This document shows positions 26,953 through 42,257 of a stretch of 64,000 nucleotides of DNA, one piece after another. Source of the stretch: the human T2T-CHM13v2.0 reference genome, Homo sapiens. The stretch lies in NCBI RefSeq assembly GCF_009914755.1, contig NC_060937.1; one strand, given 5' to 3'. The notes under the pieces were generated by a model. That model worked only from the letters and a program-made list of their open reading frames with translations, made no database searches and had not been told where the DNA came from. The position numbers and the translations under genes were made by a program. Position 1 is the stretch's first letter. Each line of letters opens with the position of its first letter.

Positions 26953-27584
26953 TGAATCTGTCTTTATGAAAAATATTTATATTTCTTTCATGATGGAATT
27001 TTTTCAATGTAGATTTTAAAATACATCATTAATATAATTTATGTTGACTACTAAGTCTTTTGATCTCCTGCCTTAAATTTTGCACTTGATATGACTGCCT
27101 CAGTCACCTTAAACATGCTAATTATTTTCATTGATGGATAGAGTGTTTGGCTGAGACACATCTTTCCTTTCTCCTTTAAGGCGTGATTCTACCAGTGCAT
27201 TTGGGGTAGAAGAAGAGAGATATTGGAGACAAAATAATCCCTTACATCACTGATCTTTTGTATACTTCTCTTGATGTTAGCTGTCAAAACTCTTTGGCCA
27301 ATATTCATTCTCTTTTCCATGACACGCCAAATGCTGATTGTCCTGTAGGGTGTGTGTGTAAGTTTCTTAGACGTAACTACTTGGAATCTAAGTCACCAGT
27401 TCTTATTATTGCAGATCTCACTGTGCTTCAACTTCTCACACTCCTGTTCTCCTTGATGTAATTCTGCCCTTCAAATATGCCCAATTGTGTGTTTTCATTG
27501 GGGTCCATTCATCAGCTCCCCTACCAGGTATAAACTTGACCCATGAGAAAAAAAAAATTCCCTAAATTTAATTATACACATAAT

Positions 27585-28085
27585 ATTTTCTTTTGAGGTT
27601 ATACGAAGTGATGTTACAACTTATGAATACAATATGGAATAATTAAATAAAGCTAATTAACATATTCATCACCTCAAATAATTAATATTTTTATTGTCAG
27701 AACATTTGAAATTTATTCTTAGCAATTTTGAAATACACAGCAATTTTGAGATACACAAACTATATTATTAGCTGTATTCACCATACTGGGTAATAGAAAT
27801 CTAATTTAAAAAAATGTATTCCTCCTGTTCACCTGATATTTTGTACACTTTGATCATAATCTCCCCATTCGCCTCAATGCCCAGCCTCTGTAACCTCCAT
27901 TCTACCATCTGCTTCTGTGAGTTTGATTGTTACAAATTTTACATGTAAGCAAGAACATGCAGTATTTTTCTTTCTTTGCCTGGCTTATTTCATGTAGCAT
28001 GTTTCCAATTCTATCTATGTCACAAATGACAGAATTGTATTATTTTGTAAGGCTGAACAGTATTCTATTGTAAATATACATATGA
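27585..28085 (-). mobile_element. L1MA 3' end, antisense
   Basis: aagctaattaacatattcatcacctcaaata...gcctggcttatttcat...ggctgaacagtattctattg. Confidence 0.85.
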
Positions 28086-28529
28086 ATATTTTAAGTATTC
28101 AATATACCAGTGATTGTGCTAGACATTTTTTAAAGAAATATTCCAATTTAAAGGTGAGAACTTGATACCCTTAAAAAGGAGAATGTAAAAAAGGTTTAGG
28201 CTGATAGTGAAAAGAAATTTTGAATAAATTATTTAATATTTACTATTTTAAATTTAATAAATAAAACAATCATTTCTGCTATCTGGCATAACATTGAACT
28301 CTTTCCATTACATAATTTGCCTACTCTGGACATTAGCAAAAATGACCTATGAATGTGAGTTTCTTATTTCATTTTTTGAAAACTAGTTACTTTTCATTTT
28401 TCGGTTCCCAAAACACCACATAGAAGTTTCTAAGAATTTTTGATTAAGATTAATATGTTAATGATTGTTTTAGCAATAAAAAGTAAAATCTAACATAGCA
28501 TATGTTAATTGCATTTTATGATTGGCCTT

Positions 28530-28700
28530 TCTGAGTGCATTATCTCAACCACACTTCACAACAATCTATTGAAGTAGTTATTATTATTGTTTTACAGACA
28601 CTTTTGAAGTGCTGAGAAGTGAAATCATTTCCTCAAGGTGGCACAGTTCATAGGTGTTCAACTTTTGATCGATTCTGATTCTTTCTTGAGTGTTTTAATT
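28530..28700 (-). mobile_element. MIR SINE
   Basis: cacaacaatctattgaagtag...ttttacaga...gagaagtgaaatcatttcctcaaggtggcacag. Confidence 0.7.
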
Positions 28701-29828
28701 GTAACAATCTCTGAAGAATATTATGTGGGGAACTTTATGAAGACTAATTATTTTCAAATTGGTTTTCTACCTATTTGTCTTTCTCTGATGATGCTTGCAA
28801 TTACAGGTGTGATTTTTCATAACTTTAAAGGCTTCTGACAGTAGCAAAATTATATATAAAAGTCCATCTGAAGCAAAATAGGCATCTGTAAGTCTCTGAC
28901 ATTGCTTTGTATTCTCAAGGTAACTAAGTGGAAATGCTACTGCAGAGGGCCAATTTGAAGCATGCAAGTACAGCATATTGTCAGACTTTCTTTTTTCCTG
29001 CTTACCTCCTTCAGGCCCTCAAGAAGCAAAGTTTGGGGTTGAAGGATGAGCCTCAGCAGATCCACTTATTTGATTAGTGTCTTGCCTACTCAGCTTTTCC
29101 TCAGGTTCATTGATGAAGATGATTGCATTCTCTGTCCTTTGCTAGGCCAGCCAGACAGAGGAAAGGGATCATTTGCTGAGATGCGAGTCCTTCGGGCGGG
29201 TCCATGTCTTTGACTGCACAGTTGACTGGCTAGTTCACTACAGTGTTCAGTATTAAAAATAATAAAATGAGTCAAATGGCCCCTCTGTTAGAAGAAAATT
29301 CTACTCATCTCTGATTCTCAGCCAGTAAAGTTGGACTTCGACGTAGCTAGTGAACTGTATTGATGGTGGAATAGTCTCCCCAAAGATGAGATATATGATC
29401 CATAGCTTGAAGAATTTTAAAGTGAAATAAACACTGCCTGACAAAGGAGGAAATAACGAAATCTTGTGCTGTCTGAGGATCGCCAAATGTGGGTTTGTGG
29501 CTTGGCTTTTATTGTCGCTAATTCAATTCTGTTGTATTTAAACTGTAACGGGAGCACAGATTTGTATTTTTTTAGCATTTGGAGGAAAAATATCAACTTT
29601 AGTTACAGTACAGTAGAATCATTTTGAAAATGTTATGTATCTCACACTGAAATATATAAGTCAAATGCTTACAAGGTTTAAATGTGTTGGTAAAATAAAG
29701 ACTCAGTTCACTTGACAGCAACTGTTGACATATGAGATGTTAATTTCCGCAGTGGAAACCTAAGGCATATTCTGAGTTTCTGCAGAGACATAGCAATGCC
29801 TAAAGGCTCTCAGCAGGCAGGCTAGACA

Positions 29829-29837
29829 TATATATAC

Positions 29838-29877
<40 letters not shown>
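29829..29877. repeat. (TA)n microsatellite
   Basis: Direct reading. Confidence 0.95.
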
Positions 29878-29880
<3 letters not shown>

Positions 29881-30407
29881 GAGATTTTCTGTTATGTTTA
29901 CAGTATAACAAAACAAGAAAGTCACTAATTCATTTTGGTTATTACAAGTGAAAATTTGCACTTAATGGACCAGCTAATGAAATCAGTAAAATTTCAATGA
30001 AGAAATACTGTATGCTAACAAGAATAGTAATTAGTTTTACTACAACAACATATTAACTTTCTTTTTCACATTTCCTTAGTAAAAGGTATCATCCTGAAAA
30101 TATAGTATTAACATTTCCACCTAAAACCTAATTAAAAATGCCCACAATATATTTTTCTCGATCTTCTACTTTCTATAGTAAAATACACATATAATTAGGA
30201 TCACAAAGTTATAATTCATGACAACGTAATGAAGCTTATATTTTGCTACATAAATACTTCCCAAGCACATTAATGCTATAACTAACATTTCTTATGGGAT
30301 CTAATTTGAAAAAGAAAAGGCAGTATTTTTAAGGTATTTATTGCAAATGAACAAATAAATTTTGAACTACAAATATTCCTTTGTCTTTAATTTCAGTAAG
30401 ATTTTTA

Positions 30408-31690
30408 CATTATGTCTTGGAGATATTGCAGTTTTAGTTCCAGATCACCAGAATAAAGTGAATATTGAAATAAATCAAGTCACACAATTTTGTTTGGTTT
30501 CTTGGTTCATATAAAAGTTGTTTTCACTACACTATAGTTGATTAAGAGTACTATAGCATTATGTGAAAAAAACAATGTACATACCTTAATTAAAAAATAC
30601 TTTATTGCTAAAAATGCTAATAATTATCTGAGCTATCAGTTAGTTATAATCTGTTTGCTGGAGGAAGGTCTTGCCTCAATGTTGATGGCCACTGACTGAT
30701 CAGCGTAGAGGTTCCTGAAGGCTGAGAGGGCTGTGGCGACTTCTTAAAATAAGACAACAATAAAGTTTGCCTCATCAATTGACTCTTCCTTTCATGAAAT
30801 ATTTCTCTGTAGCATGTGATACCATTTGATAGCATTTTTCTCACGGTAGATCTCGGAGTAAATCCTCTCAAGCCCTGCCACTGCTTTATCAACTAAGTAT
30901 ATATAATATTCTAAATCCCTTGCTTTCATTTCAACAGCATTCACAGCATCTTTGCCAGGAGTAGATTCATCTCAAAAAAACACTTTCTTTTTCATCCATT
31001 AGAAGCAACTCTTCATCTGCTGAAATTTTGTCATGAGATTGCAACAATTCAGTCACATCTTCAGGCTCCATTTCTAATTCTAGTTCTCTTCCTATTTCCA
31101 CCATGTATTAGTCTGTTCTCACTCTACTGAAAAAGATATACAGAAGACTGAGCAACTTACAAAAGAAAGAGGTTTAATGGACTTACACTTCCAAGTTGCT
31201 GGGAAAGCCTCTCAGTCATGGTGGAAGGCAAGGACGAACAAGTCACGTCTTAAATGGATGGCAGCAGGCAAAGGGAGAGAGCTTATGCAGAGAAACTCCA
31301 CCTTATAAAGCCATCAGATCTCGTGAGACTTGTGCACTATCAGGAGAGCATCATGGGAAAGACCTGCCCCCGTGATTCAATTACCTCCCACCAGTCCCTC
31401 CCACAACATGTGGGAATTCAAGATGAGATTTGGGTGGGGACACAGCCAAACCATATCACACCCACCACATCTTCAGTGACTTCTTCCACTGAAGTTTTGA
31501 ATCCTTCAAAGTCATCTACAAGTTTTGGAATCAACTCTTTTCAAACTCCTGTTAATGTTGACATTCTGGGCTTCTCTTATGAATCATATATGTTCTTAAT
31601 GGCATCTAGAATGGTGAATCCATTTCAGAAGATTTTCAACTTACTTTGCCAGGCCCTATCAGAGGAATCACTCTCCCTGGCAGCCTTGTA
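30408..31690 (-). mobile_element. Tigger1 DNA transposon 3' part (decayed transposase), interrupted by THE1
   Basis: Terminal ggagatattgcag...gttccagatcacc; minus [32 protein letters not shown] matches the Tigger1/TIGD1-type transposase C-terminus. Confidence 0.92.
31104..31458 (-). mobile_element. THE1B solo LTR nested in Tigger1
   Basis: tgtattagtctgttctc...gggacacagccaaaccatatca; flanks cacca/caccc. Confidence 0.93.
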
Positions 31691-33025
31691 AACTGTATTT
31701 CAAATTAGTTTCTTATATTAGTCAAATTTGAGAATCTTTGCTCTCCATAACATAGACTATTTGATTTTCCTCATACATCTCTGATTCTTTCTTTATTATT
31801 ATTATGTTTTCAATCTCTGTTATCCCTTTCTGACTTGGACTGCCTAGTAAGTTCCCAGTTTTCCTTTTGGGTACAGCACTTACGTGAGTCACACCAGTCA
31901 TTAACATTTACCCCTGTGTGTGGGTAGGGGTGGGGACTGTGTGCATGCATACACTTTACTTTCCACTCTATGTTCCTATAGCATATTTTAACTTCAGTAT
32001 CACCTACCAAACTCTACTATTATTGTGCTAATTCATTTACACGTCTTCTTACATTAAGATTTTCTTAGTACATTACCACATCTGACTCTGCTCTGTATCC
32101 TCCCTTACCATCCTAGTACTCAGCTCAGAGTATCTTTCATTGATTGTGAGTTGAACAGAATAAACTAACAATCATCATTATGTTGTTTTAAGAGAAAATT
32201 TTGTAGAATGGCATATTTTTTTTAATTTTAATATGTTAAGAAATGTTTAGAAACTTATCTTTTGAAAATACAGGAAAGACAGACTCCTCTTCAGGGTGCA
32301 TGGCACATTTCATTTTAAATAAACCTAAGTTTCTACTAAGAAGCTAATACCTTCTTATACGCAAGTATTATGAGTCAAACAAAAATATATTTCTTTAAAC
32401 CTTCTTTATACTCTGCATTATAATTTTGGAATGGTTTGTTATCAATATCTGTTCTAGTAACAGGAAATACAATACTTGTTTTATAGATAGCTTAGTGATT
32501 CCAGTTTTCTAACTGCAATTAGCTCATTTCCCAAGTGGCAGAACGCTATTTTAAAGTAAATTCCCATTCCTACTAATGAAGTCAACTCTATTCACACAAT
32601 AAGGCAACCAATAGATGCATATTGATCTCCTACTATGTGTCAGGGAGTAAGACAACTGCCGTATTTTTTAAAAAGGAAAGTTATATTAGTTGTACCTCAG
32701 AAAGAAAAAGTAAAACCCTGCAATACGAGGTTACAAGAATGTGCACAGAACACAAGGACCAGAAATCAGTCCCAACATCCCCTGAATGGAGCATTTTGTT
32801 GTTGTTGTTTTGTTCATTTTTCATTTGTTTGTTTTAGTCTAAATTAGAGAAGAATATGGAGGAATTAAGTAAATCAAGAATAGCATTCAAGGCAGAAGGA
32901 GAATAAGTGCAAAAACACTAAAGAGGGAGAGAGGATGCTGTGCAAGAACTATGAATGGTCTCCAATCCATGTCTGAACTGGAAGGTACTCTTGCTGGGAA
33001 ATAAAGTAATAACAAAGGATAATTT

Positions 33026-33516
33026 GTGTAGTAGCCTTGACAATGACCTCCACAAAAGGTATGAATGCTCTAGTCCTTGGAAGCTGTGAATATTTTCTCA
33101 TATGGGCAAGGAAAAGATCTTTGCAGATGTGATTCAAATGAAGGATTTTGATATGAGGAGATTATCTTGGGTTATCTGGTGGTCTCTAAACGTGATCACA
33201 TATATCTTCATAAAAGGAAGGCAGAGGAAGATTTGACACACAGGCAGAAGAGGTGAAGGCAATGTAACTACTGAGGCAGAGACTGGAGTGATGCAACTAC
33301 AAGCCAAGGAATGCTGGCAATTGCCAGAAGTTGACAGATGCAAAGAACGGTTCTTTAGAGCATCCAGAGAGATTAAAGTCCCACTATCACCCTGATTTCA
33401 GCCAAGTGGAACTGATTTGGGACTTCTGGTCTCCAGAAATCTGAAAGAATACATTTCTGTTATTTTAAAGCAACAAGCTTGTTCTCATTTGTTACAGTAG
33501 CCTTAGGAAACAAACA
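33026..33516 (+). mobile_element. MLT1C/D MaLR LTR
   Basis: ctttgcagatgtgatt...gaggcagagactggagtgatgc...caagccaaggaatgc...tttgttacagtagccttaggaaac. Confidence 0.88.
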
Positions 33517-36230
33517 GTGGGTAAAAGCCAAGAAAGATAAACAAAAGGAAGAAGTGATGTTCAATGTACCTGTATGAAGTGTGCAAAAGTCTCATTACAA
33601 TCTCTTGGTCTAATTAAAATAACCAGGATATCAATGGCTACAAATGGCATATGTTGGAATTCAAAAAAGAATAACATTCATTTAATATTGATTGTATATC
33701 TCCATTTTCACATTTTCCTACCTGTTTTGATTAACTGATTAGTTTATCCTAGCTTTTCCTTTAATTATTTTATGTGTAACAATACTGAAATAAATTTATC
33801 CTTATGCTTGCCACACTGTCTGCACATGAATTGTAAAAAAGAATGTACAAGAATATTTCATGTATTTATGTGTATAAATGCTTGATGGAATTATACATCA
33901 TATTTGCTTAAAATAAATATTAATTAATAAAATCTCATATATTTGCTACTGTTCAATAAGCTGGGCCAAAATTTTCTAAACTAAATCAATGTAACATGTA
34001 TATATATTTAAAATATGAGGTTTATATATACTTTAATATAAGATTCCACACATTGTTCAAATTTTCTTTTATAAACCAGTTCATACCTTAAATGCATCTA
34101 TCAGGTATCACATCTAAATAATAACACAATTAGCTCATATAGTTAACAAATAATCAATTATTACTAATCATTTTGAGTGTCATTTTTGTAAATCCAAATT
34201 TTCACTTTTTAAAGTAGCACATTCAAATACATAAGTCTATAATTATAATTAGATCTATGAAATCATGAAGATGAGTGAACTCATTACATGAAATTGTTTT
34301 GAATCATAATTCTGGACCTGTCACTGTAAATACATTGTTCACTTAAAATAAATAATGATTTGCTTCCCATACAAAGGAAACATTTTAATCCAACCATCAC
34401 CAGTGCGAACGATCCCAACAACTGGAATTTATTTTATTTCTATCTCACTGGATAAGTGAAATAGGAATGTTGATTTCTGGCTCCCATTTACAGGACAAGT
34501 GAACAATGTAAAAGGAGAATAAAGGACAGTATATATATGAATAAAAACGTCTGACACAAGTGTATCCTAAAGTTCATACAGGTTCAATCAAAATAATTCA
34601 CTCAAGGGCATTGACAATTTGGATTCTGTGAATAAGAATGTACTGCCTACACCATAGACACCAATCACCCCTTTGAACCAAGAAAGGATATAAATCAGCA
34701 AGCAAAGAAAAGTTTTCAAAGCTTGTTTCCAACAGAACTTCAGCAACCCCACAGAGCTGTAATAATAAAAAGCATTACATGTATCAGCCTGCCCAGCAGC
34801 AGAAAGAAGAGGTATTTTTTTTCAACTCGGGCTTTGAGCTGACCTTGGGTGTAACAGGCAGTCACAGTGCCAGCTTCTACAAACTGCGGCATTGGTCATA
34901 AATCAGAAAACAGTCTCCCCCCGCATCCATGTCTTCAACTACAGCTGAGCACAGGCAGTTAAGAATGACAGTGTCATAGTTACATAGATAAAAAAGACAC
35001 ATCACCCAGACGTATGTGCGTGATGCATTTGTGTAATATTCCAAACAGTTATCATAGATATGAGCCCAACAAAATCTATAAATATTTAACCAACTGAAAA
35101 TTGAGGGAAAAAAAGGGAGAAGTTAGTTTGAGGACTTGTTAAACTTTGTGCCTCTGATTTTTAGATTGAAGTCAATAGTAAGAAAAGCAAATTTCTACAT
35201 TAGACTCTGGAAAGGTGGCAATGTAAGAAACATTGTCTTCAATATTTGATCACAAGAAGAGATATCTGCTATCTTGTATGCTTTATGTTTTACAACTTCA
35301 AATTTCCCAGTTGTTAGAAAAATTTCTACCTGGCAGATATTGAAATTGATCCATTGCTTTTACGTGGAGTCTCTACTGAAAACCACCAGTGGAACTTCCA
35401 GATGTATATTTAAGCCATCCTTACTTGCCGTATTTACAATTTTGATTACTAAACTAGCATTTTGCTGCATTTATTTGGAAAGGACACTGTACAAAAATGC
35501 ACAAAAAAATGCAGATTGTCATGTAGATGTGTATTAAAAGACTCTAAATATAATAAAATGGTGCTGATAATTAATTAAACTGTGAATCACAATTTGAGAG
35601 GGCAGACCAAGAGAAAATGATTATTTATTTTCTGCAGATAATTGGAACTTTAATATATCCAAGATAATCCTCATGACGAGTGATGCTTTCTATTAGGATC
35701 CTTTTGAGAAGGTATCATTTGAACCAGCTTCAGATTTGTTCAATATGCATACATGTGATTCCATTATGTTAATCTCAATTACTTTGAAATATTTTCTTTA
35801 AATTCTCATCATGGGCTCTTGTTGACTTCAGAAATATTCAGGCACTAGCATACTGATATTTTTTATATAATTCACATTTATTTAAAAAGTTTAAAATAAT
35901 GATGTAATAAATTACCTTGCAAATTTTTGAATGTGTAAAATAAATTAATCAGCTTAATGTTAGTATGATGTAGTAAATAAAGCATTCCATTAGGAAGATA
36001 AAATTGGAATTCTAAGTATACCAATAAATTTAACTGTGCACTTTACTTTTTCTGGAACTTACTATTTGTCTTGCAAAATGATCCCCTCTTACTCAATGAT
36101 GCCTAAAACATCTTAAAACTCTAAAATTTTACTTTACCATTGTTTAAAGGGTATTTACTATAAGCATACCATCTTTGTCTCCCCCAGACTAATTATATCA
36201 AATAACAAGTTCACATTAAAAAGCTGGTTG

Positions 36231-36506
<276 letters not shown>

Positions 36507-36899
36507 TCACAATAAAAACACTGAAGTTAGTCTTTAATGCAAAATAGGATTTGACCTTCCATAAACTTCTGAAGGATGGAAAACATAAGCTCATTTGTGA
36601 AGAAAGATTTTCTTGACTTATCCCAATGTAGCAGAAGAACTCGCCCTTGGAAGACTTTATTTTTGCATGGCAATGAGTTTTGAAATACATATATTTTGTG
36701 ACATACAGAAGTAGTATTACCACATAAAATTACTTAAAGGTATGGAGTGTGCATGTATCACACATATGTGTGTATATCTTTGGTTACATGAAGAGAGCTT
36801 GATTTCATAATTCTCATTAACAGTGCTTATAAAAAACAAAATGACTCTTAATTAAATATTTATTTACATATTTTTCTTTATACTGTGAATAAAACTTTT

Positions 36900-37920
<1,021 letters not shown>

Positions 37921-38899
37921 TTATTTGGTAAGGCAAAGGATGCATACATATGAATGAAATGTGTCACTAGGGATTAATTTCTAAATGAAATTCAAGTCAC
38001 CGTAATTTGCATGATATCATAACATTTATGAAAACTTTAAAACAATAGGAAAAACTTCTATAAGTATACATATGTAGTGAAATGTAAAAATATATTCATA
38101 CATTTGTTAAGAAAAACAGTCAAATTGTTGAAAACATTTATGTTTATTACATGATTTTTTCTTTTCTAATTAAAAAAAAACCTGCAGCAAATATGCAAAC
38201 TATATAGAATAATTAATTATAGAAGTTGAATTCTCAATACTATATGACATACTCCTTGTGTTTTATACATTTTATAATAAAGTTTAGATTTTACTTCACC
38301 AAATATTTTATGTATGCTTTACACATTTTATAATTCAGTTTAGATTTTATTTTACCAAATATTTTGTTTAATAATCTCTGTATATATACAAAAAATATGT
38401 TTTTTGAATATTAAAACTTATAGGAAGAATTCTCCTAAAGTGGACAATGGAGGGGTATGGGAAGAGTCTACAACTTCTTTGATACTCTGCTTAAGGAATG
38501 ATGATTTCTGTATTTTCTCCCTTTGTATCAGGGCTGAATTTAGTGACTTCTTAGTAATCTAGAAAACAAAATGCAATTGAAGTAAGTAATATCTTATAGC
38601 AGGTCACAAAAGGCCATAGAATTTTTCCCTGGTGTTCTCTAGGGTAACTCACCTTGGGGAAGCCAGACATCATGGCTGAGAATATCTTTCTGGAGCCCAG
38701 TAGAGCTTTCAATTGAACACAGCCATCAGACTGCAATTGCATGAGTGATTCTATATGAAAATTGCTCAAGGAAGCCCTTCTGATTTCCTAAATCACAAAA
38801 CCATGAATAAAACAAAATGTTGTAATAAGCCATTTAGATTTGAGTAAATTGTTAATGTTTGATAGGAAATAGAAAAGGCATTTTACTTGTGCTGAAACC

Positions 38900-39870
38900 A
38901 ACTGATGAAGGGTTTAACCACAGCTGAGTTATTGGAGGTAGAAGAAGACAGAATGGCACAAAGGAGACATTTGGATGTAAAGATTTTTCTTTTTAAGTAG
39001 CTATTGGAAATGAGAGAAAGGAGTTATGAATGACTCTCATTCTTGTGTTTTGGCAATTCCAGTTTAAGTGATAGCATATATATACTATCAACAACCTAAT
39101 TTTAAAAATACAACATTTAAGAAATAAGTTTAACGGACTGTATCTTCAAATACATCAGAAAACAATGAAACAATTGACATGGTTTGTTTTATGTGAGAAT
39201 TTGATGTAAATTGAAATTTTATGTATGAAACTTAGAGTAATTAAGAAAATAACTAAACATACTTCAGTGTCAAGCAATAAACGAGAAAGAAACACCAGGT
39301 GTTACAAGAGCATGGAGAAGTGATATAGAATCAGACTTCACGGTCAGGGAAAACTTACAAATGCCAGAGAAGCTGAGCTTTGAAAGAAGAGTAAAATTTA
39401 GCTCATGAAGATGAAAGAATATTGCATTTAAATGTATATATGCCTAAGAGAGGATAATAAATTTTAAGAGAATTATTGAAATATACAGATGGATTGGTTG
39501 CAGAGGAAGATAAAGATGTAATTGTTGGCAGATTGTGGAGTCCCACCATGCACAAAAAGTGTGACTTATTTTCCTTAAAGTTCTCAGCATGCCCTGAAGG
39601 ATTTTTAAGGTGAAAGATGACATAATTACATTGATGTTTGGAGGGAAGCCATACTGGAAGGCAGAGAAACTATTAGATGACTGGAGCAAAAAGAATCACC
39701 ACATTGGTTGTGAGTTTCGAGAAATTGAGAAATTGTGGGAAAAGGAAATAAAGTAAAATCTGTAGTCCCTGTATCTCAGTGAACACAAGACGGGAGTGAA
39801 GAGAAAAATAGAGCATGAGATAACCACTGGAGTTTGGCTAAGTGCTGAGGGGATGCTATTTTCCTTGATG
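38900..39870 (-). mobile_element. L2 relics
   Basis: gaagctgagctttgaaag, ccctgaaggatttttaaggtgaaagatgacataat. Confidence 0.5.
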
Positions 39871-40794
39871 GTGAAGAGCCACAAATAGACCACACACTCT
39901 AAACTGAAACTTTCCAAATCAAAATTATTCCTAGTGCATTTGTCCAATCGTATCGCTTCCATCTTTTGCAAGCCCTTCCTGGTATGTTATGTGAAGTATT
40001 GTCTTTCTGGAGTTGTCCTATACAGGTGCGCATATGGTATCTTAATTTAGAAATAGAGGAGAAAAAAAAGGTCTTTTTCTGGTAACTATCTATTTGAAAG
40101 CATTTAAATACAAACTTTTTTGCATTGGTATAAATTTGCTAGCTTAATTTTTCTGTATCTTAACACAAAACATATGCTCACCTCTCACTGGTGAATCTGC
40201 AAGCTGCTAAAAGAATTACGTCTCCATGTATCTAGCTGAACATGCCACTCCATCAATGGTTTCACATCTTTAAATGCAGGATATTTACACTAACAATTTA
40301 GATCAAAGTTATCTATATTATTATCTACCAGGATAGCATTTCTTAAAAAGAGAGACCCAAAAACCATAAAGCACAATGTAATATTAAATAATTTGACTAT
40401 ATTGAAATAAGTGAATTCTGTATAAGTTTAAAAAAGTAAAAAGACAAGTTACATATTATAAAACAATCATTTGTGTTTCATATAATTGACAAAGAAGTCT
40501 TTTAAAAACATTAAAATATATATACCTAAAAAAGATGCGGAACTTCCTATTCAACAAGGAATGTGACTCAAAGTAACTTGATACAATTTTTCACCCATCA
40601 TTTGTACATAAAATTTAAAAACCAGAAAATAATTTAAATCTTACAAGAGTCTTTTCTAAGAAATTTGTTGCACAAGATATTTAATATGGCTTATATTTAA
40701 ATGGATATCCAGTTGGGAAGACTATAGTTATCCCTAATCACCATTTTGGTATTAATTACTATTTAATTCTCTGCCTTAGTCTTTCTCTTTTTCA

Positions 40795-40845
40795 AACACA
40801 CACACACACACACACACACACAGGCACACACATACACACAGAGAG
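40795..40845. repeat. (CA)n microsatellite
   Basis: Direct reading. Confidence 0.95.
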
Positions 40846-40897
40846 ATACTTTTAGATTTTCTAATCCATTGATGCATTGTTTTTATTCACATAACAA

Positions 40898-41087
40898 CAG
40901 TAAATCCTCACTTCACATGTGAGCCAGTTTTTGGAAACTACAACAATAAGAAAACCATTTTTTCCCTCGTCAATGTTATAACAAGTTGTCATTGAACAAA
41001 ACTATGTAATTCCAGGATTTATTGTATATTGTTTATCTTAAAGTCACAGTTACCAAGAACCTGTGGACAATATTAAGTATTTATTGC
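40898..41087. mobile_element. TcMar-Tigger MITE (MER82-like)
   Basis: cagtaaatcctcactt...ttggaaact... and the inverted end aaagtcacagttaccaagaacct...ttaagta. Confidence 0.65.
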
Positions 41088-41202
41088 ATACCACATGTCC
41101 ATTTTGCACTATTTGGGGGAAGTTTTTATTTTTCCTAAGTCAAGCTTTTGACTTTTATCCATCTTGAAAACGTCTCAAAATTTTACTCTTATAAAATAAT
41201 AT

Positions 41203-41618
41203 TGTGAAAGGAACGTAGAAACTCGAGACTCCAGTTCACTACGCCAAGAGGAAAAAATTCAGCTCAAAGTTGAGTCATAAAAGAGCTGCCTTTCCTTTTG
41301 TTCCTAAACAGACAACTACAGATAAAAGCTTAAATATATCAGAGGTAGCTACTCTATGTTCATGTAGTCTTATGAAAAGTGCTGAATAACTGAGACAAAA
41401 ACATAACTGATCATTCCTCAAACTGCTCATTTTCCCTTGCAACATGTGGATGACCATGTCCTCCTTTTCCTCCAGCCCACTTTTCCCCTTTAAATATTGA
41501 AGCCCTCAAAATCATCTTTAAAGAAAGGCACAGACTACTCGCCAAGACATTTCCTTAAACTTGACAAAGTAAACTTCTAAATTGATTGAGACCTGTCTCA
41601 GATATTTTTTGGTTTACA
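41203..41618 (+). mobile_element. MER4-group ERV1 solo LTR (MER4C-like)
   Basis: tgtgaaagga...gctgcctttccttttgttcc...gattgagacctgtctcagata...ggtttaca; TSD atat/atac. Confidence 0.85.
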
Positions 41619-41799
41619 ATACTGTAATAATTTTGCTAAAATTTGTGAATAAGTCTTCCACAGTAAATGTGAGAAAAATTGCATGGGTAATGTTTCAGCA
41701 ATTTGCCTCATTATCTACGACTATCAACTGTTATACATCTAATAGGTCAATCTTATCAGTAAACAAATAAGCTGTAATACATTTACCTTAAAAAAAATA

Positions 41800-42097
41800 G
41801 GCTAGGCATCATGGCTCATGCTTGTAATTCCAGCACTTTAGGAGACTGAAGTGGGAGGATCACTTGAGGCTAGGAGTTTAAGACCAGATTGGGCAACAGA
41901 ATGAGACTGTGTCTCTACAAAAAATAAAAATGTGTCAAGTTGGACACGGCGGTACACACCTGTGCTTCCCACTACTTAGAAGGCTAAGGTGGAGGGCCCA
42001 AACTCCTTGGGCCCAGGAGTTTGAAGCTGCAGTGAACTCAGAGTGAGTCACTGCACTCTAGCCTGTGTGACACAGTAAAACTTTGTTTAAAAAAAAA
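41800..42097 (+). mobile_element. AluJ
   Basis: gtgggaggatcacttgagg...cccaggagtttgaagctgcagtga. Confidence 0.92.
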
Positions 42098-42257
42098 TGC
42101 ATCTATGTTTAATTCTCAATTTGCATATATTTTCACCTATTAGCATTATTTTATGCAACTGATGACTATTTCCTTCCTGAATCCACGTTTGTTCTGATTT
42201 CCAGGACATCATACTCTTTTTTTTTTTAAACCTCATTAATCACTGTTTCCTAGTTTC

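Noticed and set aside
29231-29358. agttcacta / tagtgaact inverted match as a possible RNA hairpin
   Set aside because: Only ~9 bp and over 100 bp apart; compatible with chance.
30644-31691. ORFs 30644-30892 and 31254-31691
   Set aside because: A decayed Tigger1 transposase and a THE1B/Tigger chimeric frame.
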